Part shown: one piece after another, positions 36,385 through 45,575 of the stretch
Layout: each line of letters opens with the position of its first letter
Position numbering within the stretch: the first letter of the stretch is position 1
Origin: Nitrososphaerota archaeon
GTDB taxonomy: Archaea; Thermoproteota; Nitrososphaeria; Nitrososphaerales; Gagatemarchaeaceae
Reading direction: 5' to 3'
Assembly: GCA_029785375.1 (NCBI GenBank)
Contig: JAFLZV010000001.1
Location: 12,320 to 76,319, forward strand
Length of the DNA stretch: 64,000 bases
Notes under the pieces: model-generated
What the model was told of the DNA's origin: nothing
Database searches by the model: none
Seen by the model: the letters and a program-made list of their open reading frames with translations, nothing else
Program-made: the position numbers and the translations under genes

Positions 36385-38184
36385 TTACTTCAGGTACTTG
36401 TCCAGGATCTCTTCGTTGTTCTCCGCGTGAAAGAAAACAGGGATGTTCTGAGTGGCCGTGGCCTTGAAACTGGTCAGGAGCCAGTCTCCGTTCTGGAAGG
36501 CCAGCGTCCTTTCCATGAAGGCGTCGTCTATGGCGAAGGTGTCCGAGATGAGCTGTCGGTCATAGGGTCTCGGCATCGTCGACACGAAGTAGGTGTGAAG
36601 CTGCTGAAGGGCGTTGGTGTTCAGGTGGGCGACCCTCTGGGTGCCGACCCAGCAGTTGAGATGGTATTTCCTGCCGTGCCTGAGGAGCCGCTCCAGAGCC
36701 CTGCTCGACTGGTCCGTGCCGTCCTCCTTCCTGGTGTTCTGGGGGATGAACTCCTGCGCTTCGTCGATTACGAACAGCACGCGGGGAGAGAGGGTGAAGC
36801 TCCGCTTGCGCCTCCTGAAGACCTCGTTGATGACGTTGGCGGTCTCGAGTCTGGCGTCCTCGGCCTCCGGGAGGTTGACGACGAACACCCTAGGCGAGCC
36901 CTTGTCTGTAGAGAGTATCTCCTCCGAGAGCCTACTCCAGCTGTAACCTTCTTCCTCCTCTTCGATTTCCGGGATGGACTCCACTATCCGGGCGAGGCTG
37001 TCGAATGCCTTCTTCAGCGCGCTGTTCGCCGGGAGGTCTGCTAGCAGCGGCTGTATCTTTCGGATGAGGTCCATGGTCTTGGCGTCAAACCTGGCCTCGA
37101 TGTCGAGCTTGTTCTCGCGGAGGAACCCCTTGATGAGTTCTATCACCTGGGGGACGAGTATCTTCTGTTGGACGGGCCCATACTTCTCGTTGAGGGTGTT
37201 GGACAGTACCTCGACGATTCCCTCATAGGTGCTGAACCTCGCTGCATCCTCCTCCCCGGCCATCCTGGTCTGGAGGAACTCGACCTTCCCTGCCGCGAAC
37301 AGCTGGGCTATCTTGGGGTAGAAGTCCTTCTCTCTTCCGGTAAGCGCTTCGGGAGTGGCGTGGCGCTTGAAGTATTCGGCCTCGGGGCTCTTGCTGTCCT
37401 TGAACGAATCAGTGAAAAGCACGCGGCTCGGAAGGCGGTTGAGGACGTCGAGTATGTGTATCCCGTACTCTGCCGAGACGTCGAAGATGACCACCTTGAG
37501 GTCAGGTATGGCGTGGAGCGCCTTGCGTATGACGGTTGCAGTGAGGTTGGACTTGCCGCTGCCTGTGAAGGCGAACGTCCCGCTCATGTAATGTATCAGC
37601 TGCTCCAGGTTGACCGAGAACGCTATGGAGCCGTCGGTGAAGCCTAGGAGCTTCCCCAGCGAGTAGTCGTCCGCGTCGCGCCCCTGCGGCTTGAAGCAGA
37701 TGAGCTCTTCTATCGCCTCTTTGCTGAGTAGCTTCACCTGGCTGCCTGTGAGCGGGGCCATCGCCCTCCTCTCATAAGAGACGCCGTCAGCCGCCGTCTT
37801 CATCACGTGACCTATGGGCGCGGCGACTATCTCTATCCAGGTGCTCTTCGATCCCTTCTCCCATTCTTTCTGGATGAGATCCATGAACTCAGTCCTGATG
37901 GCCGCAGGCTGAGAGCGGTCGAGAGTGAGCATCGAGTAGTGCATTGGATAGACGTCTGCTATCTCGTAGAGCGAGTACGAGCTGTTGGCCCCCAGCGCCT
38001 GGACGTTGGGGATGGCGATCAGCTGCCCCATTGCCAGCCGCTTGATCACGTTGGGGGTGTATTCGCAGTCGACCCTTGCGGTACGGAAGGTGACAGTCGA
38101 GTTGTCCACCGTGGAGCGTGTGGTGGTCGCAATCTCACGGAGCCGGGCTTTGAACTCGCCATCGAGGTCGTCGAAGGGCTGCAT
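36385..38184 (-). CDS. herA: HerA-family hexameric ATPase/helicase (HAS barrel + RecA-like core)
   Basis: 599 aa. Walker A FAFTGSGKSNLT, Walker B LFVIDEAQEFIP, GRKYHLNCWVGTQRVAHLN. Confidence 0.85.
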   Translation of the reverse strand: MQPFDDLDGEFKARLREIATTTRSTVDNSTVTFRTARVDCEYTPNVIKRLAMGQLIAIPNVQALGANSSYSLYEIADVYPMHYSMLTLDRSQPAAIRTEFMDLIQKEWEKGSKSTWIEIVAAPIGHVMKTAADGVSYERRAMAPLTGSQVKLLSKEAIEELICFKPQGRDADDYSLGKLLGFTDGSIAFSVNLEQLIHYMSGTFAFTGSGKSNLTATVIRKALHAIPDLKVVIFDVSAEYGIHILDVLNRLPSRVLFTDSFKDSKSPEAEYFKRHATPEALTGREKDFYPKIAQLFAAGKVEFLQTRMAGEEDAARFSTYEGIVEVLSNTLNEKYGPVQQKILVPQVIELIKGFLRENKLDIEARFDAKTMDLIRKIQPLLADLPANSALKKAFDSLARIVESIPEIEEEEEGYSWSRLSEEILSTDKGSPRVFVVNLPEAEDARLETANVINEVFRRRKRSFTLSPRVLFVIDEAQEFIPQNTRKEDGTDQSSRALERLLRHGRKYHLNCWVGTQRVAHLNTNALQQLHTYFVSTMPRPYDRQLISDTFAIDDAFMERTLAFQNGDWLLTSFKATATQNIPVFFHAENNEEILDKYLK

Positions 38185-38186
38185 CG

Positions 38187-40148
38187 TCAGCCCCCCCTCC
38201 GTCGTCCCTCTATTTGGCTGCGGTAGTCTCTGAACCTGCGGGAGAAGAGCACCTGCTGGTCGAGGTCCGACTTTGCCATCTCTATGGCCACCGCGCTCAG
38301 GTAGGCTTGTCTCGTCTCTTCTAAGACCGACTTTGCCTTCTTATCGGCGAGGAAGAGCGGGTAGTTATGACCCAGGGCTTCGGGGATTACCTCCTTCCCC
38401 ATCTCAGTCAGCATGGCCATCACCATGTTGGTCAGATCGGAGCCTCTCCTGAAGTGGAGCACCGGGTGTATTCTGACGTCGGCGGGGCCGTCCTTGTTGA
38501 GCAGGGTGACCTCGTCCCAGTGGTCGTAGCCCGGGTACACGGGTCGGTCGTAGGTGAAGACGTGGCTCCTCACGCTGGGAGTCGACTCGCTGCTCCACAG
38601 CTGGACATAGGACTTCAGGTAGACCCTCTCGGGATAGATGACGTTCTCAAAGGCGCCGTTCACGCGAGCCTTCCCGGCTGCCAGACTGGGATCGTCTCTG
38701 GGCGCCATTGTCCTGAAGGAAGCGTCGATCTCTGGTGTATACCAGGGGGTCGGGATGGTTGCGGCGTTGACCACGCTGTTCGTCTGGAGGAGCATCTTGT
38801 CGCTGTTGAAGTTGGGGAACCTCCCCTCCGAAGTGACCAGCCCGGCATAGCCGAGGATGGGGACGACCGCGTTGACCAGTTCGAAGGCGTTGGTGTCCTT
38901 GATGAACCCGATCGGGAGGACTCCGTCGGACCAGGCCTTCCTGGTGAGCGCCCTGATCAGGACAAGGACCATGAAGTCAAGGTCGTCCGCGGTGACCCAG
39001 CGCTCGGAGCCCCCGCCCTTCACGCGGAGCGGATGCCCCCCCGCCGGAGCGAACACATGGCTGGCGACGGCGAGCGTAGCCGCGAGTACCCGGTCCCAAT
39101 AGGCCGAGGCTCCGGGCCTGAGCCTGAAGGCGGGGGAAGTCTGCTCGAAGCCGCTGAACTGGTCGTCGAGCTCGAGGAGGTCCTCGCCCAGCTTGTCGGT
39201 CCATTCGAGGTCTGCGCCCATGCGGGCGATGAGCTCGCTGGAGGTCAGCGGTTCCCCGGCAAAGAGCGCGAGGACGGCCGCGAACTTCAGCAGCTGGCTC
39301 CTCGGCGTGGGGGTGGCAAGCTGCTCGTTGGGGAGGAGCATCCTGGCCAACTCGAGGTCAAGCGCGGTGACCTTGCCAGAGGGTGTGTCCAGCCCCTCTA
39401 GGACACATCGCCTGTCTTTTATGAGGTCCCTGGTACTCCAGACCAGGTGGGCGACATCCCCCGCCAGGGTCCTGTCCAGTAGGACGATCTTCCTCTCTGG
39501 GTCCTCCGAGACACCTCGGAAGGCGAGATAGTATTCTGCCATGTGCATCAGGGCGTTCGGCAGTCGCTCCGGGTCGACCTCCACGCCTGATTCTCGTTTC
39601 TGGCCGAACACCTGTGCGGCGTCCTCTTCCGACAGAGGGATAGCCGCAGACGCCGAGAGGCCGTCGTCCGTGGCCCGCGGAGCTCCCACCGCGACCCCGC
39701 CTTCGCGGAAGGTCACCGTCCCGGAGTAGGCGAAGGCGCCCACGTAAAACACGATGAGGTCGAGCTGCTGGTCCACGGAGTTGGTCCCGTCGATGGCCAG
39801 GTAGCTTACCGTGTCCGCGCCGAAGAATCGTCCGGCCGTCGACGCGGCTCCCCTGAGGTCCACCCCGAACCTGAGCAGCGCCTTGATTTCAGGGCCGCAT
39901 TCCTCGAGCGCACGCATCTTGGCCTTGAAGGTGTTGAGCAGGAAGCGGGTGGACGCCTGCACACCGGCGATGGTCCGGGATTCAGCTCCAGAAGTGTCGA
40001 CCTCAGGCAACGACTCCGCGTGGAGTGTAAGGAGTTTAAACTTTGGAAGGAGGTCCGGGAACAGAGAAAGTCCGCCTGCGAAAGTGACGAGGCAACCCTT
40101 ATTGGGAGTGGCGGAATCGAACCGCCAATGAAGTTCATGCTCGAGCAC
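38187..40148 (-). CDS. nurA: NurA-domain nuclease, enlarged (653 aa)
   Basis: NurA-like motifs YLAIDGTNS, VLLDRTLAGD, IGFIKDT, GHNYPLFLADKKAKS. GTG start. Stop is 2 nt before herA. Confidence 0.6.
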   Translation of the reverse strand: MLEHELHWRFDSATPNKGCLVTFAGGLSLFPDLLPKFKLLTLHAESLPEVDTSGAESRTIAGVQASTRFLLNTFKAKMRALEECGPEIKALLRFGVDLRGAASTAGRFFGADTVSYLAIDGTNSVDQQLDLIVFYVGAFAYSGTVTFREGGVAVGAPRATDDGLSASAAIPLSEEDAAQVFGQKRESGVEVDPERLPNALMHMAEYYLAFRGVSEDPERKIVLLDRTLAGDVAHLVWSTRDLIKDRRCVLEGLDTPSGKVTALDLELARMLLPNEQLATPTPRSQLLKFAAVLALFAGEPLTSSELIARMGADLEWTDKLGEDLLELDDQFSGFEQTSPAFRLRPGASAYWDRVLAATLAVASHVFAPAGGHPLRVKGGGSERWVTADDLDFMVLVLIRALTRKAWSDGVLPIGFIKDTNAFELVNAVVPILGYAGLVTSEGRFPNFNSDKMLLQTNSVVNAATIPTPWYTPEIDASFRTMAPRDDPSLAAGKARVNGAFENVIYPERVYLKSYVQLWSSESTPSVRSHVFTYDRPVYPGYDHWDEVTLLNKDGPADVRIHPVLHFRRGSDLTNMVMAMLTEMGKEVIPEALGHNYPLFLADKKAKSVLEETRQAYLSAVAIEMAKSDLDQQVLFSRRFRDYRSQIEGRRRGG

Positions 40149-40436
40149 AAACTTCCCAGAAGGCTAAGGTACGCGAGGTTCTACTTCCAGGCGGGCCCCA
40201 CGTCGGTCCACTTCTCGCTGGATGGCACGAGCGCCGACTGGCACGCGACCATTGGGAAGAAGAAGAGCGTCGGCATGACCGACCCGGAGTACGCGCGGTT
40301 CAGGGCCCAGGTCCCAGCCGTGGAACTGCTGGACTCAGACGGAGGAAGGATTCTGATCAGAGACTCCGCGGGCTATGAAGAACTCTGGGATAGACCCCAC
40401 TGGACCCTCGAGAGTACGCGCAAGAGGAAGGACTAG
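40128..40436 (+). CDS. Hypothetical protein (102 aa)
   Basis: G+C-rich third-position codon usage like neighbouring genes. Its start overlaps the divergent nurA start inside a palindrome. No family recognised. Confidence 0.35.
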   Translation: MKFMLEHKLPRRLRYARFYFQAGPTSVHFSLDGTSADWHATIGKKKSVGMTDPEYARFRAQVPAVELLDSDGGRILIRDSAGYEELWDRPHWTLESTRKRKD

Positions 40437-40600
40437 GGGGCCGGGAAGACGGGACGGGTTTCGCGGGGCTCCCCTTCGGAGCCCCTTCGGGGAGGCCTGG
40501 CTGAGCCTGGACGCCTGCTGAGGCTTCCCATTTCTGGTCGCGTTCAACATGATGATGTAAAAGACATCTTAAATCCGAAAGGCCCCTGTTCGACACCTGC

Positions 40601-41365
40601 ATGGAGAGTTTAGTCTTGCTCCCGACTGACGCCCTGGAGGCGGCGACGCAAATCATCGACGAAGCAGAGTCCAAGGGCGTCCGTCTCAGGCTCCTCGGAG
40701 GCCTTGCGTTCAAGAAGCTCTGCGCAAGCTCCAGAGACCCGCGCTACTTCAGGGAGAACAAGGATATCGACCTGATGGGGAAGAGAGAGGACTCCCGCGC
40801 GATAATGAAGATCCTGGAAGGCCTAGGCTACAAGCCCCGGGAGCTCTTCAACAAGCTGAACATGGGACAGAGGCTGATTTACTACGACATGACGAACAAG
40901 AGGAGGGTAGACCTCTTCCTGGATGAGTTCGTCATGTGCCACAAGTTCAACTTCAAGGAGAACATCCTGGCTGGCACTTACACCCTCCCTGTCACGCAGC
41001 TTCTGATGACCAAGCTGCAGGTCGTGGAAAAGACCGACAAGGAGTACAAGGACATGGTAGTAGCTTTCCGCGACTTCGATGTGACGTCTGGACCGGACGG
41101 CATCAGAGGGGACGAGATAGCCGAATTATGTTCCAAGGATTGGGGCGTCTACACGACGTTCTGGAAGACCCTCGAGGCCGTGATGGCCAGGGCGCCTGAG
41201 TTGGCTGGAGAAGAGAGCGACATGGTCCGCTCGCGGGTCCGGAAGCTAATGTCCATGATGGAAGCCGCCCCGAAGAGTTTCGGATGGAAGATGCGGGCGA
41301 GGGTAGGCGAGAGGACCAAGTGGTACGACCTCCCTGACTCCGACGGCGACGCGGTGCTGAAGTAA
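40601..41365 (+). CDS. Hypothetical protein with a nucleotidyltransferase-fold signature
   Basis: 254 aa. VRLRLLGGLAF...NKDIDLM resembles the hG[GS]-x(n)-DxD minimal NTase motif. Family not resolved. Confidence 0.45.
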   Translation: MESLVLLPTDALEAATQIIDEAESKGVRLRLLGGLAFKKLCASSRDPRYFRENKDIDLMGKREDSRAIMKILEGLGYKPRELFNKLNMGQRLIYYDMTNKRRVDLFLDEFVMCHKFNFKENILAGTYTLPVTQLLMTKLQVVEKTDKEYKDMVVAFRDFDVTSGPDGIRGDEIAELCSKDWGVYTTFWKTLEAVMARAPELAGEESDMVRSRVRKLMSMMEAAPKSFGWKMRARVGERTKWYDLPDSDGDAVLK

Positions 41366-41367
41366 GT

Positions 41368-41745
41368 CTAGGCTCTCCTGAGCCTGAGGACCGCGCCCCC
41401 CTCCCTCCCGACGCCATAGTAGGCTCTGGGGTCGGAGATTCTCAACTTGCTGCCCACCCCGGCGACCGTCAACTCCACCGCTCCGCTCGAGCCGTCCTCG
41501 AGCATCAGGGTCAGCCTAGAGCCTTCGCGCACCTGGAGGCGGGCCGCCATCTCAGGCGTCAGAAAGACCCCTTCGCCTTTGTCGTCGAACTCCAGATTCA
41601 CCCTCTTCCCCTGGTATGGCGTGACGCCCACGAAGCCGTTCTCGGTAAACGATGACACGTCGATGACGAAGACCAGCTCGGCCCCGCCCGCAGCCGGCAC
41701 GCTGCTAGGATTCTTCTTCGGGCCCTTCGCCTTCGTCGAGCTCAA
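41368..41745 (-). CDS. Hypothetical small protein
   Basis: 125-aa ORF. FLTPEMAARLQVREGSRLTLML resembles a beta-barrel (AbrB/Cdc48-N-like) hairpin segment. Weak. Confidence 0.35.
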   Translation of the reverse strand: MSSTKAKGPKKNPSSVPAAGGAELVFVIDVSSFTENGFVGVTPYQGKRVNLEFDDKGEGVFLTPEMAARLQVREGSRLTLMLEDGSSGAVELTVAGVGSKLRISDPRAYYGVGREGGAVLRLRRA

Positions 41746-41998
41746 CTGGTATCTCTTCCTCCACTATCTTCTCGCCGTTCTCGCCCGTAAGATCCTCGAT
41801 GGGGTACCAGTGGTTGCCACCATCGAGTTTCTTCATCTCGACCTCGCAGAACCCGACGAGAGCCCGACCGGTCATGACGCCTGTCCTGGCGCCGTTGCCT
41901 ATGGTTACCTTCTGGACATTGACGGACTCGTCCCCGAAAATCGCTTCGCGCTGGGCGTTGACATTGACCTTGAGCCCCTTCGACGGCTTCAGCTCCAT
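41705..41998 (-). CDS. Hypothetical small acidic-tailed protein
   Basis: 97-aa ORF with normal codon usage. Overlaps the next gene by 41 nt. Confidence 0.35.
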   Translation of the reverse strand: MELKPSKGLKVNVNAQREAIFGDESVNVQKVTIGNGARTGVMTGRALVGFCEVEMKKLDGGNHWYPIEDLTGENGEKIVEEEIPVELDEGEGPEEES

Positions 41999-42023
41999 CA
42001 GCGGCGCGGGGAGCCGCGGCTAC

Positions 42024-42344
42024 TTAAATCCTAAAGGACTGGATTTCGCGGAGAATCTTCCTGGTCTCTGCCGCGATGTCGGCGATCTTCGCGGGCTCTT
42101 TGTTCTTGAGGGCGAACGACGAAGCGAGGAGCGCCACCCCTGCCACGCCCGTCACTGGATCTGGGGCGGCGATTAGCGCGACCCCGGCTTTCTTCATCGT
42201 CGACGAAGGCGACTTCGGCTTTGTGAGCCCTTCCACATGCCGGGCCAGGGCGGACGTTTCTGTCTTCCCCGCTACGTCGGACTTCGTCTCTGCGACTCGC
42301 ACGAGGGACTCGGCAGCGCTTTGTAGCACCTTCTTGTCCTGCAA
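42024..42344 (-). CDS. Hypothetical protein with one central hydrophobic segment
   Basis: 106-aa ORF. AGVALIAAPDPVTGVAGVALLASSFAL. Confidence 0.3.
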   Translation of the reverse strand: MQDKKVLQSAAESLVRVAETKSDVAGKTETSALARHVEGLTKPKSPSSTMKKAGVALIAAPDPVTGVAGVALLASSFALKNKEPAKIADIAAETRKILREIQSFRI

Positions 42345-42442
42345 TACGGCACGTGTGTTCGAGGGAGGATGCGTTAACGCACGTTGTCAAATCACCTTGC
42401 CGGTTCGCTAAATTAAAGACCATGGGCGGGCCATAGGCACGC

Positions 42443-42766
42443 GTGCCGAGGCGCCTGGACAAGTCCGAAGTCGACACCGAGCTGAAAAGGCTCGACGGCT
42501 GGAAGAAGGAAGGGAGATTCATCACGAAGACCTACGAGTTCGAGGAGTTCATGGATGGCATCGCATTCATCGGAGAGGTCGCGAGGGTGGCCGAAGAGCA
42601 GGAGCACCATCCGGACATCCACCTGCGATACACCAAAGTCACCCTGGCCCTTCAGACCCACTCCGCAGGAGGCGTCACCGCGTGGGATTTCGGGCTCGCC
42701 ACGGCAATAGAGAAGGTGGCGCGTGCCGGCGTCAGACCGACGAAACGACGCACACGAAGCAGATAG
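42443..42766 (+). CDS. phhB: Pterin-4a-carbinolamine dehydratase (PCD/DCoH)
   Basis: LDGWKKEG..ITKTYEF..F..GIAFIGEVARVAEEQEHHPDI signature. Confidence 0.85.
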   Translation: MPRRLDKSEVDTELKRLDGWKKEGRFITKTYEFEEFMDGIAFIGEVARVAEEQEHHPDIHLRYTKVTLALQTHSAGGVTAWDFGLATAIEKVARAGVRPTKRRTRSR

Positions 42767-42845
42767 CCAGAGGACCCTCTCCGAGTAGGGAGCACTTCAA
42801 GTAATTCTAATATACCACCGGTTGTATACCGGCTCAAGATTCCAT

Positions 42846-44516
42846 ATGTCAACGACCGCTATACCAGCCGTTACCCAGTCGGGGCAGCCCGTCCTGATTC
42901 TTAAGGAGGGGTCTAGCCAGAGCAGAGGAAGAGACGCGCAGCGGAACAACATCGCCGCCGCCAAGCTGATCTCAGAGATTGTGAGGACATCCATAGGACC
43001 ACGGGGCATGGACAAGATGCTCGTGGATTCGCTGGGAGACGTCACCATAACCAACGACGGAGCGACCATGCTCAAGGAGATAGACGTGCAGCATCCGGCC
43101 GCCAAGATGCTCGTAGAGGTCTCGAAGACCACCGACAACGAGGTGGGCGACGGCACGACCTCCGCTGTCGTGCTTGCTGGGGCGCTCCTTGAGAAGGCGG
43201 AAGAACTCCTGGACAAGGACGTCCATCCTACCGTGATTGTCGACGGATACTCGAAGGCGTCGCGGAAGGCGATAGAGGCGCTCGAGGCAGTCGCTGAGAA
43301 GGTCACTCCAGACAACAAGGAGTGGCTCACGAAGGTCGCGCGGACCAGCATGCAGACCAAGCTGGTCTCCAAGGAGGCGCAGGACCTGGCCGAGCTGGTG
43401 GTTGACGCCACTCTCTCTGTCGCAGAGAAGGTCGAGAAGGGATACCGCGTCGACATCGACAACATCAAAGTAGAGAAGAAGCCAGGAGGATCACTCAAAG
43501 ACACCAGGCTGATAAAGGGAATCGTCCTCGACAAGGAGATAGTCCATTCCGGGATGCCGAAGGTGGTCGAGAAGGCGAAGATCGCGCTGGTGAGCGCACC
43601 CTTCGAGATAGAGAAGACCGAGTTCGATGCGAAGCTCAACATCAACGACCCAACCATGATGAAGAAGTTCCTGGACGAGGAGACTAAGATGCTGAAGGGG
43701 ATGGTCGACAAGGTAGCAGCGGCGGGGGCCAACGTCGTGGTCTGCCAGAAGGGCATCGATGACATCGCCCAGCACTACCTCTCCAAGGCAGGGATTCTGG
43801 CAGTGAGGAGGGCGAAGGAGTCGGACATGACCAAGCTGGCGAAGGCCACAGGCGGAAGGGTGGTGAACAACTTCGAAGACCTCTCGGCTGCGGATCTGGG
43901 CCACGCTGGCCACGTTGAGGAAAGGAAGGTCGAGGAGGACAAGTGGGTGTTCATCGAAGAGGCGAAGAACCCAAAGGCGGTGACCATCTTGGTGAGAGGA
44001 GGCACCCAACGCATAGTGGACGAAGGCGAAAGGTCCCTTCACGACGCGCTGATGGTGACGAAGGACGTCATCGAGAGGCCGGCCATCGTGGCTGGCGGCG
44101 GCGCCGCCGAGGCGGAGGCCGCTTCGCAGGTCCTGAAGTGGGCTGACAAGCTGTCAGGAAGGGAGCAGTTGGCCGCGCAGAAGTTCGCCGAGGCCCTCGA
44201 AGCCATTCCACTGGCCCTCGCGCTCAACGCGGGGATGGACCCGATCGACGCGCAGGTGGAGTTCAGAGCCAAGCACGCCACCGAGAACGGCAAGTGGTAC
44301 GGCATAGAAGCGGCAGACGCAAAGATCAAGGACATGTACCAGCGCCAGGTCTTCGAGCCTCTGGCGGTCAAGGTCCAGATCATCAGGTCGGCCACTGAGG
44401 CTGCTTCGATGATACTGAGGATCGACGACGTCATAGCCTCAGGGAAGTCGAAGGCCCCTGCCGGTCCCCCAGGCGGTGCCGGAGGGATGGGCGGCGAAGG
44501 CGGCGACTTCGACTAG
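42846..44516 (+). CDS. ths: Thermosome subunit (group II chaperonin)
   Basis: QPVLILKEGSSQSRGRDAQRNNIAAAKLISEIVRTSIGPRGMDKMLV, NDGATMLKEIDVQHPAAKML, VGDGTTSAV, C-terminal GGMGG tail. Confidence 0.95.
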   Translation: MSTTAIPAVTQSGQPVLILKEGSSQSRGRDAQRNNIAAAKLISEIVRTSIGPRGMDKMLVDSLGDVTITNDGATMLKEIDVQHPAAKMLVEVSKTTDNEVGDGTTSAVVLAGALLEKAEELLDKDVHPTVIVDGYSKASRKAIEALEAVAEKVTPDNKEWLTKVARTSMQTKLVSKEAQDLAELVVDATLSVAEKVEKGYRVDIDNIKVEKKPGGSLKDTRLIKGIVLDKEIVHSGMPKVVEKAKIALVSAPFEIEKTEFDAKLNINDPTMMKKFLDEETKMLKGMVDKVAAAGANVVVCQKGIDDIAQHYLSKAGILAVRRAKESDMTKLAKATGGRVVNNFEDLSAADLGHAGHVEERKVEEDKWVFIEEAKNPKAVTILVRGGTQRIVDEGERSLHDALMVTKDVIERPAIVAGGGAAEAEAASQVLKWADKLSGREQLAAQKFAEALEAIPLALALNAGMDPIDAQVEFRAKHATENGKWYGIEAADAKIKDMYQRQVFEPLAVKVQIIRSATEAASMILRIDDVIASGKSKAPAGPPGGAGGMGGEGGDFD

Positions 44517-44565
44517 GCGTAACCTCGCCAACCCTTAATAGTCGAACCTGGTCATTCGGGAGACG

Positions 44566-45150
44566 ATGCAGGCCGAGGAGCACACCGCGACAGCGGAGAA
44601 GATACTCCAAGCCGCTTCACGCATGTTCGCGGCGAGAGGTTTCGCCAACGTCTCAGTCAGGGACATCTGCAAGAAAGCCGAGACCACTGCCCCTGTGATT
44701 TACTACTATTTCGGGAGCAAGAAGGGGCTCTTCGATGCGGTGGTCCGTAGGCAGATTTCCATGCAGGGCTTCATCGGGAAGCTGTCGCAGGCGTCGAAGG
44801 CCGCCGACCCCAGGGACGGGCTGGAGTCGTTCATTGTGACGTACCTGACCACATTCCCGGAGCACACCTTCGACATGGGCCTCTACATGCGTGACTCGGC
44901 GACGCTCGACAAGCAGAGCGCCGAGAGGGTATCCGAGGACCTGGAGAAAATCAAAGGGATCGCCACCACGATGGTCGAGAGGTCGATGGCCAAGGGGCTC
45001 TTCCGCAAGACTGACGCGGATTCAGCCGTCGACTGCCTGCTGGGGATGCTTAACCGGGTGATCTTCCAGCACATCCACTTCGCGAAGAGCCTCGACAGGG
45101 AAGCGTACACCAGGTTCGTGACTGACTTCTTCTTTCGCGCGATGAAGTGA
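44566..45150 (+). CDS. TetR-family transcriptional regulator
   Basis: AASRMFAARGFANVSVRDICKKAETTAPVIYYYFGSKKGLF. Confidence 0.85.
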   Translation: MQAEEHTATAEKILQAASRMFAARGFANVSVRDICKKAETTAPVIYYYFGSKKGLFDAVVRRQISMQGFIGKLSQASKAADPRDGLESFIVTYLTTFPEHTFDMGLYMRDSATLDKQSAERVSEDLEKIKGIATTMVERSMAKGLFRKTDADSAVDCLLGMLNRVIFQHIHFAKSLDREAYTRFVTDFFFRAMK

Positions 45151-45549
45151 CTAGAGCTCCACGACCACCCGCTCTGGGGTTATCTCTATTGACGCACGGG
45201 GCTCCTTCCAAAACCGCGTCCTGGCTGCCTTGGTACCCGCCTCCTTGCCTGTGTACCTGATGGCCAGCTTCTCGATGTCCTTCATCCTGTCCCGCTCCCC
45301 CGCGATTCTCGCAGTCCCGAAGATGACCACATAGGGATAGTCGTCGTCTACCAAGAAGCAGACCCTGCCGTCGCGCTTCACGTTGCGGTACTTCACCCTG
45401 GTAGTGGTGGTGTTGATCACCAGCCTGTCTCCCTCTCGCATGTACCAGATTGGGGTGACGTGGGGCCAACCGTCTTCCATCACTGTGGCCAGCTTGCCAA
45501 TCCGCTTTCCGTCGAGGAACTTCCTGACCCGGGGGGTGAGCACGCCCAC
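45151..45549 (-). CDS. PPOX-class (pyridoxamine 5'-phosphate oxidase-like, possibly F420-dependent) protein
   Basis: FLDGKRIGKLATVMEDGWPHVTPIWY...GRVCFLVDD. Start set at GTG 45549 to avoid overlap with the upstream gene. Confidence 0.65.
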   Translation of the reverse strand: MGVLTPRVRKFLDGKRIGKLATVMEDGWPHVTPIWYMREGDRLVINTTTTRVKYRNVKRDGRVCFLVDDDYPYVVIFGTARIAGERDRMKDIEKLAIRYTGKEAGTKAARTRFWKEPRASIEITPERVVVEL

Positions 45550-45575
45550 GGGCGCCAGTCTGCCTGCCCCCTTAT

